A stretch of 64,000 bases of DNA, taken from NCBI GenBank assembly GCA_963715985.1, contig CAVQSP010000014.1, positions 480,001-544,000 of the forward strand. The letters run 5' to 3'. Shown piece after piece: positions 23,096 to 33,270 of this stretch. The notes below the pieces were generated by a model, which saw nothing but the letters and a program-made list of their open reading frames with translations, was not told where the DNA came from and searched no databases. Within the stretch, counting starts at the first letter, position 1. Each line of letters opens with the position of its first letter. Position numbers and translations under genes: made by a program. Source of the stretch: an uncultured Thermoleophilia bacterium. GTDB taxonomy: Bacteria > Actinomycetota > Thermoleophilia > UBA2241.

Positions 23096-24073
23096 GTGGA
23101 CCTGGAGAGCGTAGGCAAGATCGCCGTCGTCGGGGCCGGGACGATGGGACCGGGCCTGGCGCAGGTGTTCGCCGGCGCGGGGCACCCCGTGACGCTGTAC
23201 TCGCGCTCCGGCGAGACCCTGGAGAAGGCCCTCAGCATCACGGCCGTCAATCTGGAGACCTTCGTCCGCAACGGCTTGCTGCAGGCTGAGGACGTCGCGC
23301 CGATCCTCGCGCGCATCACGCCGACCCGGTCGCTCGCCGAGGCCGGCCGGGACGCGAGCCTGGTCATCGAGACCATCGCCGAGAACGTGGAGGCCAAACG
23401 GGCCGCCTTCGCCGAGCTCGACGATGCGTGTCCCTCGGACGCCGTGTTCACGAGCAACACCTCCTACCTGGACATCTACGGGCTCGTCCCGGAGCGGCGC
23501 CTGCCCGCCACGGTCATCGCGCACTGGTTCGCGCCGCCGCAGATCATCCCGCTCGTAGAGGTGGTCAAGGGCCCGCACACGAGCCAGGACACGGTGGACC
23601 TCGTGGTCGCGCTGCTCAAGCGGGTCGACAGGGTGCCCGTGGTGATGGAGAAGTTCGTGCCCGGCTTCTGCGTCAACCGCCTGCTGCGCATCATCGGCCG
23701 CGAGGTCTTCTTCCTCCTCGACAACGGCTACATGACCGCCGAGCAGCTCGACCTGGCGGTCAAGGCCAGCATCGTGCCGCGGGCCATGGTCCTGGGGTTC
23801 GTGCAGCGCTACGACTTCACCGGGCTCGACCTGAGCCTGAACAACCTCAAGAACACCGCGTTCCTCGAGCCGCCGCTGGACAACTCTCCGCGCAGTCTCG
23901 TTGAGCGCGTGGAGAAGGGCGAGTTGGGCGCCAAGTCCGGCAGGGGGTTCTTCGACTACAGCGACCGCGACCCGGGGGACGTGCTCAGAGAGCGCGACGA
24001 CGCACTGCTCCGGGTGTTCGGCTCCGTCAGAGACCTCATGGACGAGCACATCGGAGACGTGAGAACACCATGA
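23096..24073 (+). CDS. 3-hydroxyacyl(-CoA) dehydrogenase family protein
   Basis: GAGTMG, IETIAENVEAK, SNTS, AHWFAPP, PGFCVNR, GAKSGRGFFDY. Confidence 0.88.
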   Translation: MDLESVGKIAVVGAGTMGPGLAQVFAGAGHPVTLYSRSGETLEKALSITAVNLETFVRNGLLQAEDVAPILARITPTRSLAEAGRDASLVIETIAENVEAKRAAFAELDDACPSDAVFTSNTSYLDIYGLVPERRLPATVIAHWFAPPQIIPLVEVVKGPHTSQDTVDLVVALLKRVDRVPVVMEKFVPGFCVNRLLRIIGREVFFLLDNGYMTAEQLDLAVKASIVPRAMVLGFVQRYDFTGLDLSLNNLKNTAFLEPPLDNSPRSLVERVEKGELGAKSGRGFFDYSDRDPGDVLRERDDALLRVFGSVRDLMDEHIGDVRTP

Positions 24074-24924
24074 AGCTTCCACACGGCAAGGTCATCATCA
24101 CGGCGTCGCTCAACGGCGCCTTCGTGACCAAGGACATGAACCCCAGCGTGCCCGAACAGCCGGACGAGATCGCCCAGGCGGCCTTGGAGTGCTACAACGC
24201 CGGCGCGGCCATCGTGCACATCCACGCCCGCGACGAAGAGGGCAGGCCTCACGGCACGAAGGAGAAGTTCGAGGAGATCCTCGCCGCCGTCAGAGGCAAG
24301 ACCCGCGACGTCGTCGTGCAGTTCTCCACCGGCGGCGGCACCAACCTCACGATCGAGGAGCGCGTGTCGTGCCTCGACGCCGACCCCGAGATGGCCTCAC
24401 TCAACATGGGTACGCTCATGCGCCAGACGGGTCCCAACGCCGGCGAGCCGTTCGCCAATCTCACCAAAGACATCGAGGCCTGGGCGGCCAAGATGCAGGA
24501 GATGGAGATCAAGCCCGAGATGGAGTGCTACTCGCAGAGCATGTACCGGGACGTAAGCAACCTCATCAGCAAGGGGCTCATCGAGAAGCCGTACTACGTG
24601 AACTTCGTGCTCGGGATGATGCACCAGGGCGCCATCGAAGCGACGCCGGAGACGCTGGTCTCGATGTACCAGTTCCTGCCGCAGGACTGCTACTTCAACA
24701 CCACCGCCACCGGCGCCGCGCAGCTGCCGCTCACCACCATGGCCATGATCATGGGCGGGTCGGCGCGCGTGGGCCTGGAGGACAACATCTACTTCCGCAG
24801 GGGTGAGCTCGTGAAGAGCAACGCCCAGTTGGTCGAACGCACCGTACGCATCGCCAGGGAGCTCAACCTGCAGCCCGCGACGCCGGACGAGGCCAGGGCC
24901 ATCCTCGGCGTCGTCAAGAAATGA
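24070..24924 (+). CDS. beta-keto acid cleavage enzyme (BKACE / Kce, DUF849)
   Basis: VIITASLNG, AGAAIVHIHARD, STGG, PEMASLN, KPEME, RVGLEDN, SNAQLV, ATPDEAR. Confidence 0.9.
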   Translation: MKLPHGKVIITASLNGAFVTKDMNPSVPEQPDEIAQAALECYNAGAAIVHIHARDEEGRPHGTKEKFEEILAAVRGKTRDVVVQFSTGGGTNLTIEERVSCLDADPEMASLNMGTLMRQTGPNAGEPFANLTKDIEAWAAKMQEMEIKPEMECYSQSMYRDVSNLISKGLIEKPYYVNFVLGMMHQGAIEATPETLVSMYQFLPQDCYFNTTATGAAQLPLTTMAMIMGGSARVGLEDNIYFRRGELVKSNAQLVERTVRIARELNLQPATPDEARAILGVVKK

Positions 24925-24947
24925 CGCACACGAAAGGGACACAGCCG

Positions 24948-25718
24948 ATGGATGACCTCTTCTCACTCAAGGGCAAGAACGCCGTCGTCCTCGGGGCCGG
25001 CGGCATGGGCACGGCGATCGCTGCCGGCCTGCTCCGCTACGGCGCCAGGCTGGAGCTCGCCGACGGCAGCGCGGCCGCGCTCGAACGTTCCACGGCGCAG
25101 CTCGCCAAAGCAGGCCATACGTCGGTGGGCACGCACGAGGTGGACGCCACCGACGAGAGCAGCGTGCAGGGTCTCGTCGACGCGGCCGTGGCCGGCATGG
25201 GCAGAGTGGACATCCTCGTCAACGCCCTCGGCTACAACTTCAAGGCGCACGCCACCGAGTTCCCCATGGACGAGTGGGACCGGCTCTTCAGCGTCAACGT
25301 CAAGGCCGTGATGCTGGCCTGCAAGCTGTTCGGCGCGCACATGATCGAGCAGGGCGGCGGCACCATCATCAACCTCTCCTCGGTGCGCGACGATCGCGGC
25401 GCGCTCGGAGGCAACGCCGGCTACTGCGCCACCAAGGGCGCCGTGAAGATGATCACCAAGCAGCTGGGCGTCGAGCTGGCGCCGTACAACGTCAAAGTGA
25501 ACGCGCTCGGGCCGATCATCACCGTGACCCCCATGACCGCCGAGCGCATCAAGCAGGACTCGTCGCGGTACGAGCGCATGCTGCTCAACGTGCCGATGGG
25601 GCGCATGGCCAACGTGGAGGACCTGGTGGGCCCGGCCGTGTTCCTGGCCTCGGCCGCCTCGGACTTCATCACCGGCACCGTCCTGTACGTGGACGGCGGC
25701 ATGATGGCCTATGCGTGA
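24948..25718 (+). CDS. short-chain dehydrogenase/reductase (gluconate-5-DH / phloroglucinol-reductase-like candidate)
   Basis: LGAGGMG, DILVN, NLSSVR, YCATKG, PMGR, FITG..LYVDGG; substrate not established. Confidence 0.85.
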   Translation: MDDLFSLKGKNAVVLGAGGMGTAIAAGLLRYGARLELADGSAAALERSTAQLAKAGHTSVGTHEVDATDESSVQGLVDAAVAGMGRVDILVNALGYNFKAHATEFPMDEWDRLFSVNVKAVMLACKLFGAHMIEQGGGTIINLSSVRDDRGALGGNAGYCATKGAVKMITKQLGVELAPYNVKVNALGPIITVTPMTAERIKQDSSRYERMLLNVPMGRMANVEDLVGPAVFLASAASDFITGTVLYVDGGMMAYA

Positions 25719-26940
25719 AAAGTAGCAGGGGGCGGAAGGCGCACCTGCCGATGCGTCGTCATCGTCTCTGCGGTCCGCACCGCTCTCGGGCCGCGTCGGC
25801 GGGGCGCTGAAGGACGTGCAGCCCGAGGAGCTCGGGCGAGTCGTCCTCTCGGCCGCGGTGGAGCGCGCAGGCGTGGAGCCGGCCGAGGTGGACGAAGTCA
25901 TCATCGGCCAGACCAAGCAGAGCGCGGACGCCGCCAACCTGGCGCGCGTGGCCGCGCTCAAGGCCGGCTTCCCCGTCGAGGTGCCGGCCTACACGGTGAT
26001 GCGCCAGTGCGGGTCCGGGATGCAGGCGGTGAGCAACGCCGTGCAGGCCATCTGGTGCGGCGAGGCCGAGATCGTGGTGGCCGGTGGCGTGGAGAGCATG
26101 AGCCTCGCGCCGTACTACCTGCGCGGCGCCCGCTTCGGCTTCACCTCGGGCAACGCCGTGGTCGTCGACTCCAACACCGAGAGCCAGCCGCGCTCGCAGC
26201 CGTACGAAGTGTACGGTGACCTCACCATGGGGCTCACGGCCGAGAACCTGGCCGAGAAGTACCACATCGCGCGCGAGGAGCAGGACGGGTTCGCGCTGCG
26301 CAGCCAGGAGCGCGCCTTCGCGGCCATCGAGAGCGGTCGCTTCGCGGACGAGATCGTGCCCGTGGAGGTCCCGGCGCGCAAGGGCCCCCCGCAGGTGTTC
26401 GACACCGACGAGCACCCGCGCCGCACCAGTCTGGAGGCCCTCGCCAAGCTCGGGCCGGTGTTCAAGGACGGCGGCAGCGTCACCGCCGGCAACTCCTCCG
26501 GCCGCAACGACGGCGGCGCCTGCCTCGTGCTGATGTCCGCGGAGACCGCGCGGGAGAGGGGCGTCGAGCCGCTCGCCACCGTGCGCTCGCAGGCCGTGGC
26601 CGCCGTGGACCCGCGCATCATGGGCATCGGGCCGGCCCCGGCAACGCGCAAGGCGTTGCAGAAGGCCGGCCTGGACCTCGCCGACATCGGCCTCATCGAG
26701 CTCAACGAGGCCTTCGCGGCCCAGAGCCTGGCCGTCGTCAAGGAGCTGGGCCTGGACCAGGACATCGTCAACGTCAACGGCGGCGCCATCGCCCTGGGGC
26801 ACCCCCTGGGCTGCTCCGGCGCCCGCATCCTCACCACCCTGCTCCACGAGATGCGCAAGCGAGGTACCCGCTACGGGCTCGCAAGCATCTGCATCGCCGG
26901 CGGCCAGGGCATGGCCACGATCGTGGAGGCTGCCGGCTAG
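25715..26940 (+). CDS. acetyl-CoA C-acetyltransferase (thiolase); N-terminus frameshifted
   Basis: VVIVSAVRT (shifted), QCGSGMQA, GGVESMS, VTAGNSS, ELNEAF, NGGAIALGHPLG, CIAGGQG; exact start uncertain. Confidence 0.9.
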
Positions 26941-26985
26941 CGCGCGCCCAGCGCCGCCGACTCCACCGTCCGCAAGGAGAGAGCT

Positions 26986-27792
26986 ATGACAGGAATCGTC
27001 AAAGACCCCTACTCCGGGCTCGAGCTCATCGAGCTCAGCCACGTGTGGGGGCACGGGGTCCCGTCCGAGCCGGGCCAGCTTGACGTCCGCATGCAGCGCG
27101 CCGTGAAGCACGCCCAGCACGGCGTGCTCGCCTGGCGCGTCATCACCAGCCTGCACACGGGCACCCACATGAACGCCCCCATCCACATGGTCCAGCGCGG
27201 CGACGATCTGGCCGCCGTCTCCCCGGACCGCCTCTTCGGCAACGCCGCCGTGCTCGACATCCCCAAGCAGAGCTGGGAGGTCATCACGGCCGCCGACCTC
27301 GAGGCTGCCACTCCGGCCGTGCAGGACGGCGACATCGTCGTCATCGTCACCGGCTGGCACCACAAGTACTCCGACGGCCTCGAGTACTTCGGGGAGGCGC
27401 CCGGCCTGACCAAGGACGCCGCCGAGTGGCTCGTCAAGAAGGACCCGAAGTTCGTGGCCGTCGACACGCCGTTCATCGACGTCCCGCTCGCCACCTCGAT
27501 GGGCCCGCATCGCGGCGGTCCGCAGATGAAGCGCCTCGCCCTCGAGTACGCGGCGGCGACCGGCAGGGACGCCAAGAAGGACTTCCCGGAGTGGTTCCCC
27601 GCGCACAAGACCCTCGCCGCCGCGGGCATCCCGACGGTCGAGCAGGTCGGCGGCGACGTGGACCTCGTCAAGGGCAAGCGCGCCACCATCGCCGCGACCC
27701 CCTGGAAGTTCGAGCACGGGGACGCCTGTCCGGTCCGCATGATCGCCATGCTCGACCCGTCCGGCAAGCTGCGCATCGACGCCGGCAACTGA
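26986..27792 (+). CDS. cyclase-family (kynurenine formamidase/isatin hydrolase-like) metallohydrolase A
   Basis: ELSH, HTGTHMNAPIH, GDIVVIVTGW, PGL, VDTP, AHK..E, DACPVR. Confidence 0.82.
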   Translation: MTGIVKDPYSGLELIELSHVWGHGVPSEPGQLDVRMQRAVKHAQHGVLAWRVITSLHTGTHMNAPIHMVQRGDDLAAVSPDRLFGNAAVLDIPKQSWEVITAADLEAATPAVQDGDIVVIVTGWHHKYSDGLEYFGEAPGLTKDAAEWLVKKDPKFVAVDTPFIDVPLATSMGPHRGGPQMKRLALEYAAATGRDAKKDFPEWFPAHKTLAAAGIPTVEQVGGDVDLVKGKRATIAATPWKFEHGDACPVRMIAMLDPSGKLRIDAGN

Positions 27793-27821
27793 CGACCAGC
27801 GGACGAGAAGGGACACCGGAC

Positions 27822-28603
27822 ATGACTGTCAAGGTCTACAACCTGAGCCACACGTTCACGCAGTTCATCCCGGAGTGGCCGTCCACTCCGAGCGTGAACG
27901 TCAAGGTGAGCAAGTTCCATGCCAAGGACGGCATCTACGAGGTGGAGTGGGAAGGCATCATGCACCGCTGCACGCACATGGACGCGCCGCTCCACGTCAC
28001 CGAGAACACGCCGAGCATCGCCGACTACCCGCTCTGGCGGCTGGTCGGCACCGGCGTCTGCGTCGACATCCCCAAGGGCAAGTGGGGAGTCATCACCCCT
28101 GAGGACCTCGAGAGGCGACGCCCAAGATCGAAGAGGGCGACATCGTCATGATCAACACGGGCTTCCATCGCCTGTGGGGCGACACCGACGAGTACTTCGC
28201 CTACGGCTGCGGCATGGGGGCCGAGGGCGCCCAGTGGCTCGTCGACAAGAAGGTCAAGATGGTGGGCTACGGTCACCAGGCCAACGACCATCCCATCGCC
28301 ACCAAGCTCGTCGACCACGGCCTCGGCCCGACACAGCCGCACCTCATCGACGAGTACAAGGAGTTCACCGGCCGCGACGCCAAGGCGGACTTCCCGAGCT
28401 GGGAGCCGGCGCACAAGATCCTCATGTGCCAGGGCGGCATCCCCGGCATCGAGAACGTGGGCGGCGACCTCGACGAGGTCACCGGCAAGCGCTGCACGTT
28501 CATGGCTCTGCCGTGGCGCTGGCCGGGCGGCGACGGTTGCATGGTCCGCATTCTCGCGGTCATCGACCCGGACCAGACCTTCCGCTTCGAGACGGGGCAG
28601 TGA
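27822..28603 (+). CDS. cyclase-family metallohydrolase B (frameshift near 28115)
   Basis: NLSH, HRCTHMDAPLH, GDIVMINTGF, AHKIL..GIENVGGD, GDGCMVR. Confidence 0.82.
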
Positions 28604-28604
28604 C

Positions 28605-29816
28605 ATGAGCGACATCCTCGAGGGCGTCAAGATCATCGAGATGGGCCACGTGGTGGCGGTCCCCGCGGCCTCCTCGATGATGGGCGACTGCGGCGCCGAG
28701 GTCATCAAGATCGAGCCGCTCACCGGCGACCAGTCGCGCACGTTCCGCGGCACCGACATCAACCCCGGCTTCTACCTGCACAACCGCAGCAAGAAGAGCA
28801 TCGCCATCGACCTGCGCCAGCAGGCCGGCAAGGAGATCGTCTACAAGATGGTCGGCGACCACGACGTCTTCCTGACCAACTACCAGGCCGGCTCCCTGGG
28901 GCGGCTTGGGCTCGACTACGAGACGCTGTGCGGCTACAAGCCGGACCTCATCTACGGCCTCGTCTCGGCCTACGGCACCGTGGGCCCCGACAAGGACATG
29001 GCCGGGTACGACTTCGCCGCCGGCTGGGCACGGTCCGGCATCCAGGACATGCTCAGCGTGCCCGGCACGCCGCCGCCGGCCTCCCGGCCGGGCATCATCG
29101 ACCGCGTCTCGTCCATGCAGATCTTCGGCGGCATGTGCGCGGCGCTGTACCACCGCGAGCACACCGGCGAGGGCCAGAAGGTCGAGTTCAACCTCTACCA
29201 CACCGGCGTGTGGATGGTCGGCGCCGACATCATGGACGCGCTCATGGGGCTGCCGCTGCGGCGCGTGGACCCGGCCAAGTCGGACAACCCGTTCTACGAC
29301 GTCTACCAGTGCAAGGACGGCCGCTGGCTGCAGCTCACCGCCGCCGACCGCTACGCCAAGGCGCACGACCCGGCCGGGGCCAAGTTCTGGCAGTCGTTCT
29401 GCCGCGCCCTCGACCGCCCCGACCTCGCCGAGGATCCGCGCTTCGCCACCACGGACATGCGCCAGCAGCACCGCGACGTCCTGGCGCCGATGCTCAACGA
29501 GGCCTTCCTCGGCCACACCTACGCCGAGTGGGAGGAGCGTCTGCGCGCCGAGAACCTCATGTACGGCCCCATCCTCTCGCCGGAGCAGGTCATCGAGGAC
29601 CCGCAGGCGCTGGCCAACGACTTCTTCACCGAGGTCGACCAGCCCGGCGTGGGTACCTTCCGCACGATCAACTCGCCGTACAAGTTCGTGCAGAACCCCG
29701 CTTACGTCCATTCGCTGACGCCGGGGCTCGGGGAGCAGACCGACGAGATCCTCAGCGCTCTCGGCTACCGCGATGGAGACGTCGCCCAGCTACGCGAGGC
29801 CAAGGTAATCCTGTAG
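28605..29816 (+). CDS. family III CoA-transferase (CaiB/BaiF)
   Basis: LEGVKIIE, GAEVIKIEP, NRSKKSIAIDL, GLDYE, SAYG..GP, GYD, catalytic Asp in GIIDR, PGLGEQT. Confidence 0.9.
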   Translation: MSDILEGVKIIEMGHVVAVPAASSMMGDCGAEVIKIEPLTGDQSRTFRGTDINPGFYLHNRSKKSIAIDLRQQAGKEIVYKMVGDHDVFLTNYQAGSLGRLGLDYETLCGYKPDLIYGLVSAYGTVGPDKDMAGYDFAAGWARSGIQDMLSVPGTPPPASRPGIIDRVSSMQIFGGMCAALYHREHTGEGQKVEFNLYHTGVWMVGADIMDALMGLPLRRVDPAKSDNPFYDVYQCKDGRWLQLTAADRYAKAHDPAGAKFWQSFCRALDRPDLAEDPRFATTDMRQQHRDVLAPMLNEAFLGHTYAEWEERLRAENLMYGPILSPEQVIEDPQALANDFFTEVDQPGVGTFRTINSPYKFVQNPAYVHSLTPGLGEQTDEILSALGYRDGDVAQLREAKVIL

Positions 29817-29821
29817 GAGGG

Positions 29822-30262
29822 ATGAAGATGACGGAAGCACCGAGGGTGCTGCTCGGCGACGGGTTGTTCACCCCCACGGAGCCCGGAGTAGACGGGCAGA
29901 TCATCGCCACGCACTGCAAGAGCTGCGGCGACTACTTCTTCCCGCGCAGCTTCACCTGCCACAATCCGGAGTGTGTGGAGCGGGACGTCGAGGACGTGGC
30001 GCTCAGCGGCACCGGCGTCGTCGACACCTACTCCGACATGAGCTACCCGCCGCCGCCGCCCTACGTGGTGAAGAAGGAGGACTGGGTGCCGACCCCGGTC
30101 GTCTCGGTCAGGATGCCCGAGGGCATCCACATCATCGGCATGATGGATGACTGCACGCCTGAGGACGTCTCCATCGGCATGGAGGTCCAGACCGTCATCC
30201 GCGTGCTGTACACCAACAAGGACGGCGAAGAGCTCGTCGGCTGGAAGTTCAGGAGGGTGTGA
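29822..30262 (+). CDS. Zn-ribbon/OB-fold (DUF35) thiolase partner
   Basis: CKSCG..FFP...CHNPEC, LSGTG.V.TY, IGMEV, WKFR; overlaps the following thiolase-like gene. Confidence 0.85.
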   Translation: MKMTEAPRVLLGDGLFTPTEPGVDGQIIATHCKSCGDYFFPRSFTCHNPECVERDVEDVALSGTGVVDTYSDMSYPPPPPYVVKKEDWVPTPVVSVRMPEGIHIIGMMDDCTPEDVSIGMEVQTVIRVLYTNKDGEELVGWKFRRV

Positions 30263-31452
30263 CCATGGACGACATCGCCATCATCGGGGTCGGCCTGCAC
30301 CCGTGGGGCAAGTTCCCCGAGAAGTTCTGGACCAACATGGCGTCGGACGCCATCAACGACGCGCTCAAGGACGCCGGTATCACCTGGAAGGACATCCAGA
30401 TCGTCGTCTCCGGCTCCCAGAACTGGGGCGGCCGCAAGGGCATCTACGCCGGCTCGTACATCGATGAGGTCATGGGCTATACCGGCGTGCCCACCATGAA
30501 CATCAACAACGCCTGCGCCACCGGCGGCACCTGCATCGCCGTGGCGGCCGCCATGGTCGCCTCCGGACAGGCGGACATCGTGCTCGCCGTGGCAGCCGAC
30601 AAGTCGGCCAAGGGCTTCTTCCCCTTCCTGCCGCCGTATCACGAGGAGCCCGTGCCGGCCGACGACACCATGCGCTGGCTGATGGGCATGCCGAACCCGA
30701 TCTACTGGGCGCTCGAGTGCCGCAAGAAGATGGACAAGTACGGCATCACCGACGAGCACCTCGCGATGGTCAAGGTGGCGACGAGCAAGCACGGGTCCAT
30801 CAACCCGGCGGCGCGCTACAAGAAGGAGTTCACGCTCGACGAGGTCCTCGCGTCGCCCATGGTGTGCACCCCGCTGCGCCTCTTCGAGATCTGCGCCACC
30901 AGCGACGGCGCCGGCGCCGTGATCCTCTGCAACGCCAAGAAGGCCAAGCAGTTCACGTCCAAGCCGGTCCACATCGTCGGCTCGGGCCTGGGCAGCCCGC
31001 TCTACGGCGACCCCACCACGCGCATCCCGGTGCTCGGCTTCCAGCCCAAGGAGGGCGTGCCGATCATCAGCGAGAGCTGGGTCGCCGCCAAAGCGGCGTT
31101 CGCCGACGCCGGCATGGGGCCGGAGGACATCGACTTCGTCGAGGTCCCGGACAACAGCTCGTGGCACTACTTCCAGTACCTCGAGACCATGGGCTTCTTC
31201 GAGGAGGGCACCGCTCACCTGGCGCTCGAGCGTGGCGAGACGATGATCGGCGGCAAGCTGCCCGTCTGCCCCAGCGGCGGCTTCTCCAGCTTCGGCGAGG
31301 CCACCATGGCGCAGGGGTTCGCGCAGGTGTACGAGATGGTGCTGCAGCTGCGCGGCCAGTGCGGCGCGCGGCAGGTGGAGGGCGCCAAGGTCGGCATGTC
31401 GGAGGTGTACGGCATGGCCGGCAACAACGCCGCCCTCATCCTGAAGAACTAG
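30259..31452 (+). CDS. SCP2/Ltp-type thiolase-superfamily protein
   Basis: IAIIGVGLHPWGK, NNACATG, NPAARY, PLRLFEICATSDGAGA, PVCPSGG, QLRGQCGARQV. Confidence 0.85.
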   Translation: MTMDDIAIIGVGLHPWGKFPEKFWTNMASDAINDALKDAGITWKDIQIVVSGSQNWGGRKGIYAGSYIDEVMGYTGVPTMNINNACATGGTCIAVAAAMVASGQADIVLAVAADKSAKGFFPFLPPYHEEPVPADDTMRWLMGMPNPIYWALECRKKMDKYGITDEHLAMVKVATSKHGSINPAARYKKEFTLDEVLASPMVCTPLRLFEICATSDGAGAVILCNAKKAKQFTSKPVHIVGSGLGSPLYGDPTTRIPVLGFQPKEGVPIISESWVAAKAAFADAGMGPEDIDFVEVPDNSSWHYFQYLETMGFFEEGTAHLALERGETMIGGKLPVCPSGGFSSFGEATMAQGFAQVYEMVLQLRGQCGARQVEGAKVGMSEVYGMAGNNAALILKN

Positions 31453-31462
31453 CGGAGGGTCC

Positions 31463-32249
31463 ATGGAGGCCGAGTACGCGACCATCATCTACGAGAAGGC
31501 CGGCAACGCCGGCCTGGATCACGCTCAACCGGCCGGAGGTGCTGAACGCGCAGAGCGACGAGTTGCGCGCGGAAGTCACGCAGGCGCTGGAGCGCGCCAG
31601 CCTCGACGACGAGGTGTACGTCGTCGTCCTCACGGGCGCCGGCGACAAGGCGTTCAGCGCCGGCGCCGACATCAGCCAGTTCCCCTCGCGGTACCCCGTG
31701 GACGTCATCACGGCCAAGGCGCGCCGCCGCCCCTACGAGACCATCCGCGAGATGCCCAAGCCGGTCATCGCTGCCGTCAACGGCCTCGCTCTCGGCGGCG
31801 GCTGCGAGCTGGTGCTCGCCTGCGACATCGTCATCGCCGCCGAGACGGCCAAGTTCGGCCAGCCGGAGATCAGGGTCGGCGTCATCCCCGGGTGCGGCGG
31901 CACGCAGGTGCTGCCCCGCCTCATGGGGGAGAAGCGCGCCAAGGAGCTCATCTTCACCGGGCGCATGATGGAGGCGGACGAGGCGCTCAGCTACGGTATC
32001 GTCAACAAGGTCGTGCCGCCGGAGGAGCTCAGGGAGGCCACGGAGAAGTTCGTGAGCGACCTCCTGCGCAACAGCCCGGCCATCCTCAAGATGGCCAAGA
32101 TCGCCGTCAACAAGTCGCTGGAGACGCCGTTGTCGGTGGGCATGAGCTATGAGCGCGACCTCTTCGCGCTATGCTTCGGCACGGAGGACCAGAAGGAAGG
32201 CGCCACAGCGTTCCTCGAGAAGAGGAAGCCCACCTACTCGGGCAGGTAG
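31463..32249 (+). CDS. enoyl-CoA hydratase/crotonase (frameshift near 31512)
   Basis: ITLNRPE.LNA, AFSAGADI, KPVIAAVNGLALGGGCE, FGQPE, EG..AFLEKRKP. Confidence 0.92.
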
Positions 32250-32304
32250 GTCCTGGCGGGCGAGGGCGACCCGGCGTGTGAAGGGGAGTCGGAGGAGGAC
32301 TGTG

Positions 32305-33177
32305 ATGGCGAAGGACGATGTGGCCGGGTCGCGGCGCCGGGGAGGCCAGGCAGGGGGCGCCCGGCGCAGCGGCGAGGGCGGTGACTCGAGCATCGTGCGC
32401 ACGCTGGCCTCGGGCATGGCTCTGCTGGGTCTGTTCGACGCCGAGCATCGCCAGTGGAGTCTGGACGAGATGGTGGCGCGCCTCGGGGTGTCGCGCATGA
32501 CCGCCTACCGCATCGCGCGCACCTTCCAGAGCACCGGCCACCTCGTCAGCGATCCGGCGGCCGGCGGGTACCGTCTCGGGCCGGCCATGCTGGCGGGCAT
32601 CTACCTGGCCGAGGGCTTCGCCCAGCTCGTCGAGGTCTCGCGGCCGTATCTCGAGTCGCTCGTGGATCAGACCGGGGAGCTGGCCGCCCTGGCGGTCGAG
32701 CTCGACGGCATGGCCGTCTGCGCCGATCTCGTCGCGTCCGCCCGGCCCTTCGTCCTCGAGATCGCCGTAGGGCGTGTGATCGGCGACACCGCCAACGCGC
32801 ACGGCAAGATGTTCGCGGCCATGAAGCCGGATGCCGAGCGTGCGCTCATCGCCGCACAGCCGCACAGGCGACTCACGGCAGCGACCATCACGGAGCCCGC
32901 CGCGCTCGCCGCCGAGCTGGACAAGATCAGGGCGGAAGGGCTCGCCTGGGACTTCGAAGAGCACGACCTCGGCACCTGCGCGGTGGTCGCCCCGGTGCGC
33001 GACCAGACGGGAGCCGTCATCGCCACGCTCGGCGTCGTGGTCCCGACCGGTCGCTTCGGCGTCGAGGCGCGACAGGCCTGCGCGGACGCGGTGCGGGCTA
33101 CGGCCGCCGCGCTCTCGGAGTTCTACGGGTACGCACCGCGGGGCGGGCGGAGCAGGCCGGAACGCGACAACGCGTAG
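32305..33177 (+). CDS. IclR-family transcriptional regulator (paralog 2)
   Basis: HTH with WSLDEMV, YRLGPAML, GRVIGDTANAHGKMF, APVRDQ. Confidence 0.9.
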   Translation: MAKDDVAGSRRRGGQAGGARRSGEGGDSSIVRTLASGMALLGLFDAEHRQWSLDEMVARLGVSRMTAYRIARTFQSTGHLVSDPAAGGYRLGPAMLAGIYLAEGFAQLVEVSRPYLESLVDQTGELAALAVELDGMAVCADLVASARPFVLEIAVGRVIGDTANAHGKMFAAMKPDAERALIAAQPHRRLTAATITEPAALAAELDKIRAEGLAWDFEEHDLGTCAVVAPVRDQTGAVIATLGVVVPTGRFGVEARQACADAVRATAAALSEFYGYAPRGGRSRPERDNA

Positions 33178-33182
33178 TCTGC

Positions 33183-33210
33183 TTGTCAACATACGATATT
33201 CCAGTATCAT
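33183..33210 (+). promoter_or_regulatory. promoter overlapped by CGATAT-N4-GTATCA operator
   Basis: TTGTCA(33183)-16 nt-TATCAT(33205); palindrome at 33194-33209. Confidence 0.6.
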
Positions 33211-33270
33211 AAGCGCATTCCGCCCGGATGACCGGCGGTCGTCGAGGATTTCACACAGCAAGGGGACGCC

